Origin: Thermoanaerobaculia bacterium
Lineage (GTDB): Bacteria > Acidobacteriota > Thermoanaerobaculia > UBA5066
Assembly: GCA_039919545.1 (NCBI GenBank)
Contig: JBDSFL010000342.1
Span: forward strand, 1 to 39,473
Length of the DNA: 39,473 bases
Direction of reading: 5' to 3'
Under the pieces are notes generated by a model, which had not been told where the DNA came from, ran no database searches, and saw nothing but the letters and a program-made list of their open reading frames with translations. A program made the position numbers and the translations under genes. This document shows positions 11,873 through 19,235 of this stretch, in pieces (the stretch's first letter is position 1; each line of letters begins with the position of its first letter).

Positions 11873-13266
11873 GCCGTTCGGAACGAGGCGTAGAGGTACG
11901 GGTAGTTCGGCCGAAACCAGTTGCGGAAGCCGGGACGGACGAGATCGACAGGTGTCGCGGGGGAGGCGCCTTTGAGGACGAAGTGCGAGCCGTCAAAAAA
12001 ATCGGTCGAGTAGAGAGGGTAGGAGGCCATCGGCGTGAACCCGGGGAACGGTGCGAAGACCGAGGCCGTCCATTCCCAGCCGTTGCCGACGAGGTCGTCC
12101 ACTCCCCACGCGCTGCGTCCCCGGGGTCGCGCGCCCACCGGCACGGGCTCGTAGCGTGCGGCCCCGAAGTTGCCCCGCGAAGGCTCCGCCGGCGCGTCTC
12201 CCCAGGGAGCGCTCCTCTCGGGCCCTCCGTCGGGCGTGCCATAAGCCGCGCGATGGAACTCCGCCTCGGTCGGGAGGCGGCGTCCCTTCCAGCGCGCGAA
12301 GGCGGCGGCCTCGGCCCCGCTCACCCACACGGGCCACGCGGGCGGAAGCGGAATCGCGTCGTACATGCCGCGCCACATGAAGACGGGCGCGCCGTTGCCA
12401 GAGGACGTACGCTCCCAGAGGAGCGGGTGCGTGATCCCCTCGTCGTGAATGAAATCCCAGTCCTGGGCGGTGAAGAGCGAGGCGTCCTGATAGCCCCCAG
12501 CCTCCACGAAGGCCAGGTAGTCGCGATTGGTCACGTCGAAGCGGTCGATGCGGAACGCAGGCACGAAGACCCGGTTCTCGGGGAACTCGTTGTCCCAGCC
12601 GAAACTCACCCGCTCGCGGTTCGCCCCCAACGTCGCCGTGCCCGCGGGAATCGCGATCTCCTCGGGTACCGGCGGCTCGCCTCCCACCTCGAGCGGATAG
12701 GTGGTCGGGCGCTGTTTGCGCGCGAGCGAAAGTCGATGAGCGACGTAGGAGAGCGTCTCCTGGTGCATCAGCTCGTGCTCCAGGATCGTCTCCAGGGCCT
12801 CGCCCCCGCGCATCGCCGGGCGCTCGCTTCCCTCGAAATCCTCACGGACCGTCCGCTCGATGGCGAGGCTCACTGCGGCGTCGGCGGCCTCCACGTAAGC
12901 GAGGATCGAGCTGCGCCGCGGCCAGCCCGAGTTCTCGAATTCCTGGGCTGCTTTGCGGTCCGACGGATCGATCCCGCGCTCGAACAGCTTCTCCATCCCC
13001 GCGTCGACTCCGGGCTGCCCGAGACCCAGCTTCAGCAAGGTGTTCACGTTGAACGCCGCGAGATGCCCTTCGTAGAAGCAGAACGGATGGCGCAGCGGGA
13101 TGGGTCGCTCCTCGTAGCTGCCCGCGGGAAGGGCATCGAAGAACCGGCGGGATTCCATTCGCCCGCTCCGGAAACGGTGGAGCAGAGCAACCCGGTCGGT
13201 GGAGGTCGCGACCGCGCCCATCGATCGGAGGTTAACGCGCACCCGATCGACCTCCAAGTGGGTCAT
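11860..13266 (-). CDS. egtB: EgtB-type sulfoxide synthase (DinB_2 + FGE-sulfatase domains)
   Basis: ORF 11860..14055, trimmed to the ATG at 13266 (MTHLEVDRV...). DinB-like metal-binding segments: RHPFCFYEGHLAAFNVN and HELMHQETL. FGE-sulfatase-type C-terminal domain: GWDNEFP, RLPTEAEFHRAAYG, GNGWEWTAS. It is adjacent to egtD and 468 aa long. The discarded N-terminal extension of the ORF is low complexity and overlaps the next gene in another frame. Confidence 0.85.
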   Translation of the reverse strand: MTHLEVDRVRVNLRSMGAVATSTDRVALLHRFRSGRMESRRFFDALPAGSYEERPIPLRHPFCFYEGHLAAFNVNTLLKLGLGQPGVDAGMEKLFERGIDPSDRKAAQEFENSGWPRRSSILAYVEAADAAVSLAIERTVREDFEGSERPAMRGGEALETILEHELMHQETLSYVAHRLSLARKQRPTTYPLEVGGEPPVPEEIAIPAGTATLGANRERVSFGWDNEFPENRVFVPAFRIDRFDVTNRDYLAFVEAGGYQDASLFTAQDWDFIHDEGITHPLLWERTSSGNGAPVFMWRGMYDAIPLPPAWPVWVSGAEAAAFARWKGRRLPTEAEFHRAAYGTPDGGPERSAPWGDAPAEPSRGNFGAARYEPVPVGARPRGRSAWGVDDLVGNGWEWTASVFAPFPGFTPMASYPLYSTDFFDGSHFVLKGASPATPVDLVRPGFRNWFRPNYPYLYASFRTAATT

Positions 13267-13289
13267 GACCTGCTTTCCAAAAATCTTTT

Positions 13290-13868
13290 CTAGAGATCGA
13301 GGCCCAGGGCCAGCGCGTGAAACGTCAGGCCCGGGTTGATGTCGCCGAGCAGGCTGAGATTCGAGATGTGCACGTAGCGATAGCCCGCGCGCACCCGTCG
13401 ACCCGACGCCAGGCGATGCAGCAGCCAGAGCCCCCCCTGGTCGAAGAAATTCGCCCTCGAGCCCTGGGCCGGCACGCGATGGGTCGCATAGAAGAGCCCG
13501 GATCCCGCGTCCATCCGCACGTTCCACGCTCCGGCCGGAGGGCCGATGGTGAACGTGACGAGCAGCGCCGCGGCGACGGCGGGAACGGTTTCTCGGGACA
13601 GGTGATCCTCCCGCGTTTGATGGATCGCCAGCAGGGGATACAGCTCGACGGCACCCCCCAGATGCGAGACGAGCCGAAAGTCGCGCGCGAGGCCGGCCCC
13701 GGCGAACTCCGCGAAACGCTGTGACGCGGGGGCGAACGCCTGTCCCCCTTCCCCCTGGACGCGCCACCCCCTCGCAGAGGGGGTCTGATCCTGTGCCAGC
13801 AGCGGCGCGTCGAACGCGAGCGTAGCTCCCACCAGAGCCCCCAGAAGAATCGCGCTCCCTCGTGTCAT
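13290..13868 (-). CDS. PagL-like acyloxyacyl hydrolase / lipid A deacylase family outer-membrane protein
   Basis: ORF 13290..14066, trimmed to the ATG at 13868. Signal peptide MTRGSAILLGALVGATLAFDAPLLAQ. It is a small beta-barrel-like protein with an H-x-S-N motif near the C-terminus (YRYVHISNLSLLGDINPG), as in PagL-family proteins. The family call is from memory. Confidence 0.55.
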   Translation of the reverse strand: MTRGSAILLGALVGATLAFDAPLLAQDQTPSARGWRVQGEGGQAFAPASQRFAEFAGAGLARDFRLVSHLGGAVELYPLLAIHQTREDHLSRETVPAVAAALLVTFTIGPPAGAWNVRMDAGSGLFYATHRVPAQGSRANFFDQGGLWLLHRLASGRRVRAGYRYVHISNLSLLGDINPGLTFHALALGLDL

Positions 13869-13906
13869 CGCGGCGCGAGCGTAACCCGACATGGCATCCT
13901 GCGCCG

Positions 13907-14821
13907 ATGCCCGCCGCATCGTTCCGGCTTCCAGGAGCCAGCCTCTTCGTCGAGACGAACGAGGAACGGCTGCTCGTGCTGGCCCGGCGCCTCTGGGAGG
14001 AAACGGCGCCCGCCCCGCGCCGTGACGCCGAGCTCCACGCCGCGTGGACCGCCACGTCGGGGCCAAGACCCGAGCTCCTGCCCGAGCGGCGTCTGACGTG
14101 GACGCTCCTCCCCGAGGTTTACAGCGCCGAGATTCCGGGGCACCTGGCGGCGCGCATCACCTTCGAGCCCCCGAGCGTGGTCGGGGCCGTCTCGCTGTCC
14201 CTGCTCGAGGCATTTCCCTCGACCGTGGCGCGGTACCTCCTCGAAGCTCCGCTCGCGGCGCTGCTCGGCGCGCGCCGGCATCAGCCGCTGCACGCGGGAG
14301 CCGTGATCGGCCCACGCGGCGCCGTGGTCATCCGCGGCGGCTCGGGCGCGGGAAAATCGACGCTGGTGGCCGCGGCGTGGCAGGCGGGGCTGGGCGTGCT
14401 GGGAGACGAGAGCCTCCTCGTTTCGCGGGAAGATCCCGACGACCTCTCGTCCACCGTGCGGGATCTGACGCTGCTTCCCCACGCTGCGCGCCTGCTGGGC
14501 CTCGAGACGCTCTGCGAGCTCGCTTTCTCCGGAGGGGAAGAGAAGCGCCGCATCGATCTGTTTCCCGGAGCAACGCCCTCGGATCGCATCGCCCGGCGAC
14601 GCGCGACGGTGCTTCTGGGGCCGCGCACACCGGGTCCGGCGCGCCTCGTGCCCTTGACGCCGGAAGAGTTCGTCACGGAGTTCCGGCACGGTGAGATCCC
14701 GCAGGAGCGGGCGACCGGGAATCCGGATTTCGTCGCGCGCGCCTGGAGCGCCGCTCGCGCCTTTCGCCTGGAGGGTGCCCTGGACCTGCCTGGCGCCGTC
14801 AGTCTGATCGCCTCTCTCTGA
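13907..14821 (+). CDS. HPr-kinase-C-terminal-like ('HprK-related') P-loop protein
   Basis: ORF 13862..14821. I prefer the ATG at 13907 because the GTG at 13862 overlaps the divergent PagL-like start. The P-loop context PLHAGAVIGPRGAVVIRGGSGAGKSTLVAAAWQAGLGVLGDE resembles the HprK C-terminal domain and the HprK-related kinases found in RiPP-type and glycan-type clusters. The N-terminal 130 aa or so are unassignable. Confidence 0.6.
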   Translation: MPAASFRLPGASLFVETNEERLLVLARRLWEETAPAPRRDAELHAAWTATSGPRPELLPERRLTWTLLPEVYSAEIPGHLAARITFEPPSVVGAVSLSLLEAFPSTVARYLLEAPLAALLGARRHQPLHAGAVIGPRGAVVIRGGSGAGKSTLVAAAWQAGLGVLGDESLLVSREDPDDLSSTVRDLTLLPHAARLLGLETLCELAFSGGEEKRRIDLFPGATPSDRIARRRATVLLGPRTPGPARLVPLTPEEFVTEFRHGEIPQERATGNPDFVARAWSAARAFRLEGALDLPGAVSLIASL

Positions 14822-14855
14822 AGCCGCGAAGCACTGAAATATACTCGTCCCGGCG

Positions 14856-16379
14856 ATGAGCGGCACCCCGAACGCGGTTCCGAGGGTCTTGGTGGCCCAT
14901 TCGTACTATCTGAAGTACGACGCGAAGCAGACGCGGAAGATGAAGCCCTATCCGCCGCTCGCGACGCTCATCACCGCGGCGATCCTGAAGAAGGCGGGCT
15001 ACGAGGTGATCCTCTTCGACGCGATGCTCTCCGAAGGGGAAGAGGAATTCGAGCGCTTGCTCGAAGAGACCGCGCCCACGATCGTCGGGCTCCTCGAGGA
15101 CAACTTCAATTTCCTCACGAAGATGTGTACCACGCAGATGCGCGCGGCCGGCGCCCGGATGATCGCCGCGGCCCACGCGCACGGCTGCCGTGTGGCCGTG
15201 AACGGCTCGGACGCCACCGACCAGCCGGAGCTCTACCTCGCCGCCGGGGCGGACGCCGTGATCGCGGGCGAGACGGAACGGACCTTTCCGGAGCTGATCG
15301 CCGCGTGGACGAGCCATCCCGCGGGCGCGGACGATTCCCTCCTGAGGGCCCGGCTCCACGAGATCCGCGGCCTCATCCTCCCGCCCCCCGGCGGAGACGA
15401 CACTTTCCCCCCCACACACACGCCGCCGCGCGCGTTCGTGGAGGATCTCGACGCGCTGCCGCTCCCCGCGTGGGAGCTGGTGGACGTGGAGCGCTACCGC
15501 CGCGCCTGGACGTCCGCGCACGGACGCCTCTCGTGGAACATGGTGACGACGCGCGGCTGCCCGTACCACTGCAACTGGTGCGCGAAGCCTCTTTACGGCG
15601 TTCGCTATGCGCAGCGGGCGCCCGCCAGCGTCGCCGAGGAGCTGAGGCTCTTGAAGGAAAGCGTCGCCCCCGAGCACATCTGGTTCGCCGACGACATCTT
15701 CGGTCTCACGCCGCGCTGGATCGAGTCGTACGGCGAGGAGGTCGTGAAGCGCGGCGCGATGATCCCCTTCACGATGCAGTCGCGCGCCGACCTCATGAAA
15801 CCCTCGGCCGTTGCCGCGCTGGCGGCTGCAGGGGCCGAAGAGGTCTGGATGGGGGTCGAATCGGGCTCCCAGCAGATTCTCGACGCCATGGAGAAGGGAA
15901 TCCGCATCGAGCAGGTGAGGGAAGCCACGCGGCTGCTGCGCGAACACGGCATCCGCGCCTCCTGGTTCATCCAGCTCGGCTATCCAGGCGAGGAGTTCGG
16001 GGAGATCCTGGAGACGCGAGACCTCATCCGCGCCGAGCGCCCGGACGATATCGGCGTCTCCGTGTCCTATCCGCTTCCCGGCACGAAGTTCTACGAGCGC
16101 GTGAAGGAGCAGCTCGGCGCGCAGACGAACTGGAGCGATAGCGACGACCTCGCGATGATGTTCGAGGGAACGTACTCGGGACCTTTTTACCGCAAGGTTC
16201 GCGACCTGCTTCACGAGGAGGCCGCGCCGCATCCGGAGAGCGGGCGCGCCGGACGGTTGCAGGCGCTGGACACAGCCTGGCAGGAGCTCGCGGCGCACCA
16301 GGAGGAATACCGCTCGGCGCGTCCCACACCCGTCGCCGTTCTCTCGGACTCTGGCGCCCATCCCCTCGTCGCCGGCTGA
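14856..16379 (+). CDS. B12-binding-domain radical SAM enzyme (class B rSAM), copy A
   Basis: The N-terminal Rossmann-like segment VLVAHSYYLKYD...PPLATLITAAILKKAGYEVILFDAML is typical of the B12-binding-like domain. The rSAM cluster motif is RGCPYHCNWC (CxxxCxxC). Further rSAM core blocks include VWMGVESGSQQILDAMEKG. Length 507 aa. Confidence 0.85.
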   Translation: MSGTPNAVPRVLVAHSYYLKYDAKQTRKMKPYPPLATLITAAILKKAGYEVILFDAMLSEGEEEFERLLEETAPTIVGLLEDNFNFLTKMCTTQMRAAGARMIAAAHAHGCRVAVNGSDATDQPELYLAAGADAVIAGETERTFPELIAAWTSHPAGADDSLLRARLHEIRGLILPPPGGDDTFPPTHTPPRAFVEDLDALPLPAWELVDVERYRRAWTSAHGRLSWNMVTTRGCPYHCNWCAKPLYGVRYAQRAPASVAEELRLLKESVAPEHIWFADDIFGLTPRWIESYGEEVVKRGAMIPFTMQSRADLMKPSAVAALAAAGAEEVWMGVESGSQQILDAMEKGIRIEQVREATRLLREHGIRASWFIQLGYPGEEFGEILETRDLIRAERPDDIGVSVSYPLPGTKFYERVKEQLGAQTNWSDSDDLAMMFEGTYSGPFYRKVRDLLHEEAAPHPESGRAGRLQALDTAWQELAAHQEEYRSARPTPVAVLSDSGAHPLVAG

Positions 16380-16502
16380 CTCCCGGGCAGGCACGCCGTT
16401 TCGCACACCCTTCCTCCCGCGGTCCAGGCGTTCGGAAAGCTCGCGTCGCGTTTCGACGAGACCTTCTCACCCTGGCTCAGTGTCGCCGCGCAGCGCCGGG
16501 CC

Positions 16503-17243
16503 GTGCGTCGATCGCTGCTGCGCGCGTTTCCCGAGGGAGCGCGGCTCCTGGAGCTGGGGGGCGGAACGGGCGAGGACGCTCTGGCGCTGGCCAGGCAGGG
16601 GCGAAGGGTTCACCTCACGGACGGCTCTCCCGAGATGGTCGCGCATGCCGAGCAGAAGGTGCGAACGGCGGAGCTGACGGGCTTCGTGGCGTGCGAACGA
16701 CTCAGCCTCGAGGAGCTCGAAGCGTTTGCGGCTGCGAGGCAGACGGCGCATCAGCCGCTCTTCGACGGCTGCTTCTCGAACTTCGCGTCGCTCAACTGCG
16801 TCGAGGATCTCGGCGGGGTCGCGCGCGGTCTCTCGGCGCTCCTTCACGAAACTGCGCGCGCGCAGCTCGTGGTGTTCGGCCCCTGCTCTCCGGGCGAGGT
16901 CGCCACCTTGCTCCTGAAGGGGCGCTTCCGGAGCGCCTTCCGGCGGTTCTCGCGCCGTCCCGCCGCCGCGCGCGTGGCCGGGCACACGTTCACCGTGAGC
17001 TATCCCGCGCCCGCGGCCTACGCGCGAAGCTTCGCCCCCTGGTTCCGGCTCGAGCACATCCGCGGCATCGGTGTGCTCGTGCCCCCCAGCTCCGCCGAAC
17101 CCTTCATCTCCCGCCTTCCCGGGCTCCTCGCCCTGCTCGAAGCGGGCGACCGCGTCCTCTCCGCGCCGCTGGCGCTGCTGGGCGATCACGTGCTCCTGGA
17201 TTTCGTGCGGACGGACGCGCCGGCCGCCGCGGGGCGTTCGTGA
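16503..17243 (+). CDS. Class I SAM-dependent methyltransferase (MT1); 5' end problematic
   Basis: Motif I is ARLLELGGGTGEDALALARQGRRVHLTDGSPEMV. The first canonical start, GTG 16503, leaves only about 16 aa before motif I. The 41 in-frame codons upstream (16380-16502) are stop-free, look like a methyltransferase N-terminus (AFGKLASRFDETFSPWLSVAAQRRA) and run straight back to the TGA of the preceding gene in the same frame. Confidence 0.8.
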   Translation: MRRSLLRAFPEGARLLELGGGTGEDALALARQGRRVHLTDGSPEMVAHAEQKVRTAELTGFVACERLSLEELEAFAAARQTAHQPLFDGCFSNFASLNCVEDLGGVARGLSALLHETARAQLVVFGPCSPGEVATLLLKGRFRSAFRRFSRRPAAARVAGHTFTVSYPAPAAYARSFAPWFRLEHIRGIGVLVPPSSAEPFISRLPGLLALLEAGDRVLSAPLALLGDHVLLDFVRTDAPAAAGRS

Positions 17244-18043
17244 GCGCCTCGCCGCGCGAGCGTTATCTCGCTGCGTACGCGCAGCTGCGCGCGGGCGAGG
17301 GGCGCGGGGCCGGAGGCGAGGCCGAGCTGCTGGCGCTCCCCTATCTCACGACCGGTCCGCTGGCGCGACAGTGGGAAGTGCGCGCACGCACGTACGACCG
17401 CTTCGTCACGCGCGTGCTCTCTCCGCTCACGGCAAATCGCGGCCGTCCGCTCCGACTCGTCGATCTGGGGGCCGGGAACGGCTGGCTCTGCTACCGCGCG
17501 CGGCTGCTGGGCCATCGGGCGGTCGCATGCGATGTGCGCTGCGACACGGTGGACGGACTCGGGGCGGCGCGCCCTTACGCGCGCCACCTCCCGCGCCCTC
17601 TCGACGCGGTGGCCGCCACCTTCGAGGCGCTCCCGTTTCCCGCCCGCACCTTCGACGTCGCGCTCTTCAACGCGTCGCTGCATCACGCCGAAGATCTCGG
17701 CCGGGTGCTGCACGAGGCCGCCCGGGTCGTCGCCTCGGGAGGTCGCGTGGCGATCCTGGACAGCCCCTTCTATCGTCGCGCCGAAACGGGCGAGGCCATG
17801 GTGGAAGAGAAGAAGCGAAACACGGTTCAGAGGTATGCCGCGCTGGCCGACGACCTCCTGGCCCTTCCGTCCATCGAGTACCTCACCGCGCGCAGCTTGA
17901 AAGAGGCCGCGGGAAGCGCTCTCACGTTCCGGAAGCACCGCGTCACGTATCCGGCGTGGTACGAGCTGCGGCCGCTGAAGGCGCTTCTCACGCGGTCGCG
18001 CCCGCCGTCGCGCTTCGATCTCTGGGTGGCGGACGTGGCATGA
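17240..18043 (+). CDS. Class I SAM-dependent methyltransferase (MT2)
   Basis: Second half of ORF 16691..18043. The GTG at 17240 overlaps the MT1 stop (GTGA). Motif I is LRLVDLGAGNGWL, and the post-motif blocks are FDVALFNASLHHAEDL and ASGGRVAILDSPFY. Length 267 aa. Confidence 0.8.
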   Translation: MSASPRERYLAAYAQLRAGEGRGAGGEAELLALPYLTTGPLARQWEVRARTYDRFVTRVLSPLTANRGRPLRLVDLGAGNGWLCYRARLLGHRAVACDVRCDTVDGLGAARPYARHLPRPLDAVAATFEALPFPARTFDVALFNASLHHAEDLGRVLHEAARVVASGGRVAILDSPFYRRAETGEAMVEEKKRNTVQRYAALADDLLALPSIEYLTARSLKEAAGSALTFRKHRVTYPAWYELRPLKALLTRSRPPSRFDLWVADVA

Positions 18044-18056
18044 GACGGGTGCTCGC

Positions 18057-19124
18057 ATGACGCTCCTGGTGCCCGCCCCGGCCCCGGCTCCCGCGCGTGA
18101 ACAGGACGAAGCCCCCCCGCTCCCGCGCGTGGATCCGGTGACGCGCCTGCCGATCCTCATCCTCTTTCCGCACAACCGCTGTAACTGCCGCTGCCTGATG
18201 TGCGACATCTGGAAGGAACGCGCGCCGATGGAGATCTCCGCGGCGCACGTCGCCCCGTGGCTCGCCGAGTGGAAGGAGCTCGGCGTCTTGCGCATCGTCC
18301 TGACCGGCGGTGAGGCGCTCATGCACTCGCATCTCTGGCCGCTCTGCGACCTCTTCCGCGGTGCGGGGATCGGCCTCACGCTCCTGTCTTCGGGCCTTCT
18401 TCTGGCGCGGGATGCCGCCTCCATCGTCAAGGTGATCGACGACGTGGTCGTCAGCCTCGACGGGCCGCGCGACGTGCACGACGCCATCCGCAACGTGCCG
18501 CGTGCGTTCGACCGGCTCGTCGAGGGCGTCGCGGCGATCCGGGCTGCCGGGCCCGGTGTCTCGATCACGGCGCGTTGCACGGTGCAGCGCCGAAACGCGA
18601 CGCGGCTGTGCGACACGGTGACCGCCGCGCGCGAGGCCGGGCTGCAGCGCATCAGCTTTCTCGCGGTCGACGTGTCCTCCGAGGCCTTCAACCGCCCCGA
18701 CGGAATCGGGCAGGAATCCCCGGACTCGCTGGCGCTGCCCGAAAGCGAGCTGCCGGCGCTCGAGGCCGAGCTCGCGCGCCTCGAACACGTCCACGCCCAC
18801 GACTTCGCCAGCGGTTTCATCGCCGAGAGCCCCGGAAAGCTGAGGCGCCGTCTGCTGGACTATTTCCGGGCGATCGCCCTCGGCTCGGATTTTCCGCCGA
18901 ACGAATGCAACGCACCGTGGGTGTCGAGCGTGATCGAATCGGACGGCACCGTGCGCCCCTGCTTCTTCCAGCCCGCGCTCGGGAACATCCATCGTGCGGG
19001 AGGCCTCGCCGACGTGCTGAATTCCGAAACCGCGCGCACGTTCCGGCGCAACCTCGATGTGGCCACGGATCCCATCTGTCGGCGCTGCGTCTGCACGCTC
19101 AACCTGCGCGAGCCGGCCCCCTGA
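18057..19124 (+). CDS. Radical SAM enzyme with a SPASM/twitch-type C-terminal auxiliary-cluster domain
   Basis: The rSAM motif is NRCNCRCLMC (CxxxCxxC), with GGEALMH downstream. The C-terminal CNAPWVSSVIESDGTVRPC fits the SPASM CX9-15GX4C pattern and is followed by ICRRCVC. Confidence 0.85.
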   Translation: MTLLVPAPAPAPAREQDEAPPLPRVDPVTRLPILILFPHNRCNCRCLMCDIWKERAPMEISAAHVAPWLAEWKELGVLRIVLTGGEALMHSHLWPLCDLFRGAGIGLTLLSSGLLLARDAASIVKVIDDVVVSLDGPRDVHDAIRNVPRAFDRLVEGVAAIRAAGPGVSITARCTVQRRNATRLCDTVTAAREAGLQRISFLAVDVSSEAFNRPDGIGQESPDSLALPESELPALEAELARLEHVHAHDFASGFIAESPGKLRRRLLDYFRAIALGSDFPPNECNAPWVSSVIESDGTVRPCFFQPALGNIHRAGGLADVLNSETARTFRRNLDVATDPICRRCVCTLNLREPAP

Positions 19125-19158
19125 CGGCATCGAGCCCGGGTGATCGTCCCGTCAGGGG
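19118..19158 (+). promoter_or_regulatory. Perfect 10-bp inverted repeat (CCCCTGACGG ... CCGTCAGGGG) with a 21-nt loop, overlapping the stop of the SPASM gene
   Basis: Read directly: arms at 19118-19127 and 19149-19158. The loop contains a CCCGGG palindrome. It lies in the only gap over 100 nt inside the rSAM cluster. No U-tract follows. Its function (terminator, attenuator, processing site or protein-binding site) is unknown. Confidence 0.4.
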
Positions 19159-19235
19159 CGCGAGCACCGCTCGGGCATCGCCGGACTCTTCCGCCGCGGA
19201 CGGGCTGCCCGCCGAGCAGCCTAGAATGCGGCGTG

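Noticed and set aside
13267-14055. 263-codon N-terminal extension of the egtB ORF (731 aa in total).
   Set aside because: It is low complexity and overlaps the PagL-like gene in another frame. The ATG at 13266 gives a 468-aa protein, the expected EgtB size, beginning just before the DinB-like domain.
19125-19235. Possible cobalamin or SAM riboswitch in the 111-nt gap upstream of a B12-dependent rSAM gene.
   Set aside because: The gap is too short for a cobalamin riboswitch (about 200 nt), and I could not find a B12-box-like consensus. Only the simple inverted repeat is present, and it is reported separately.
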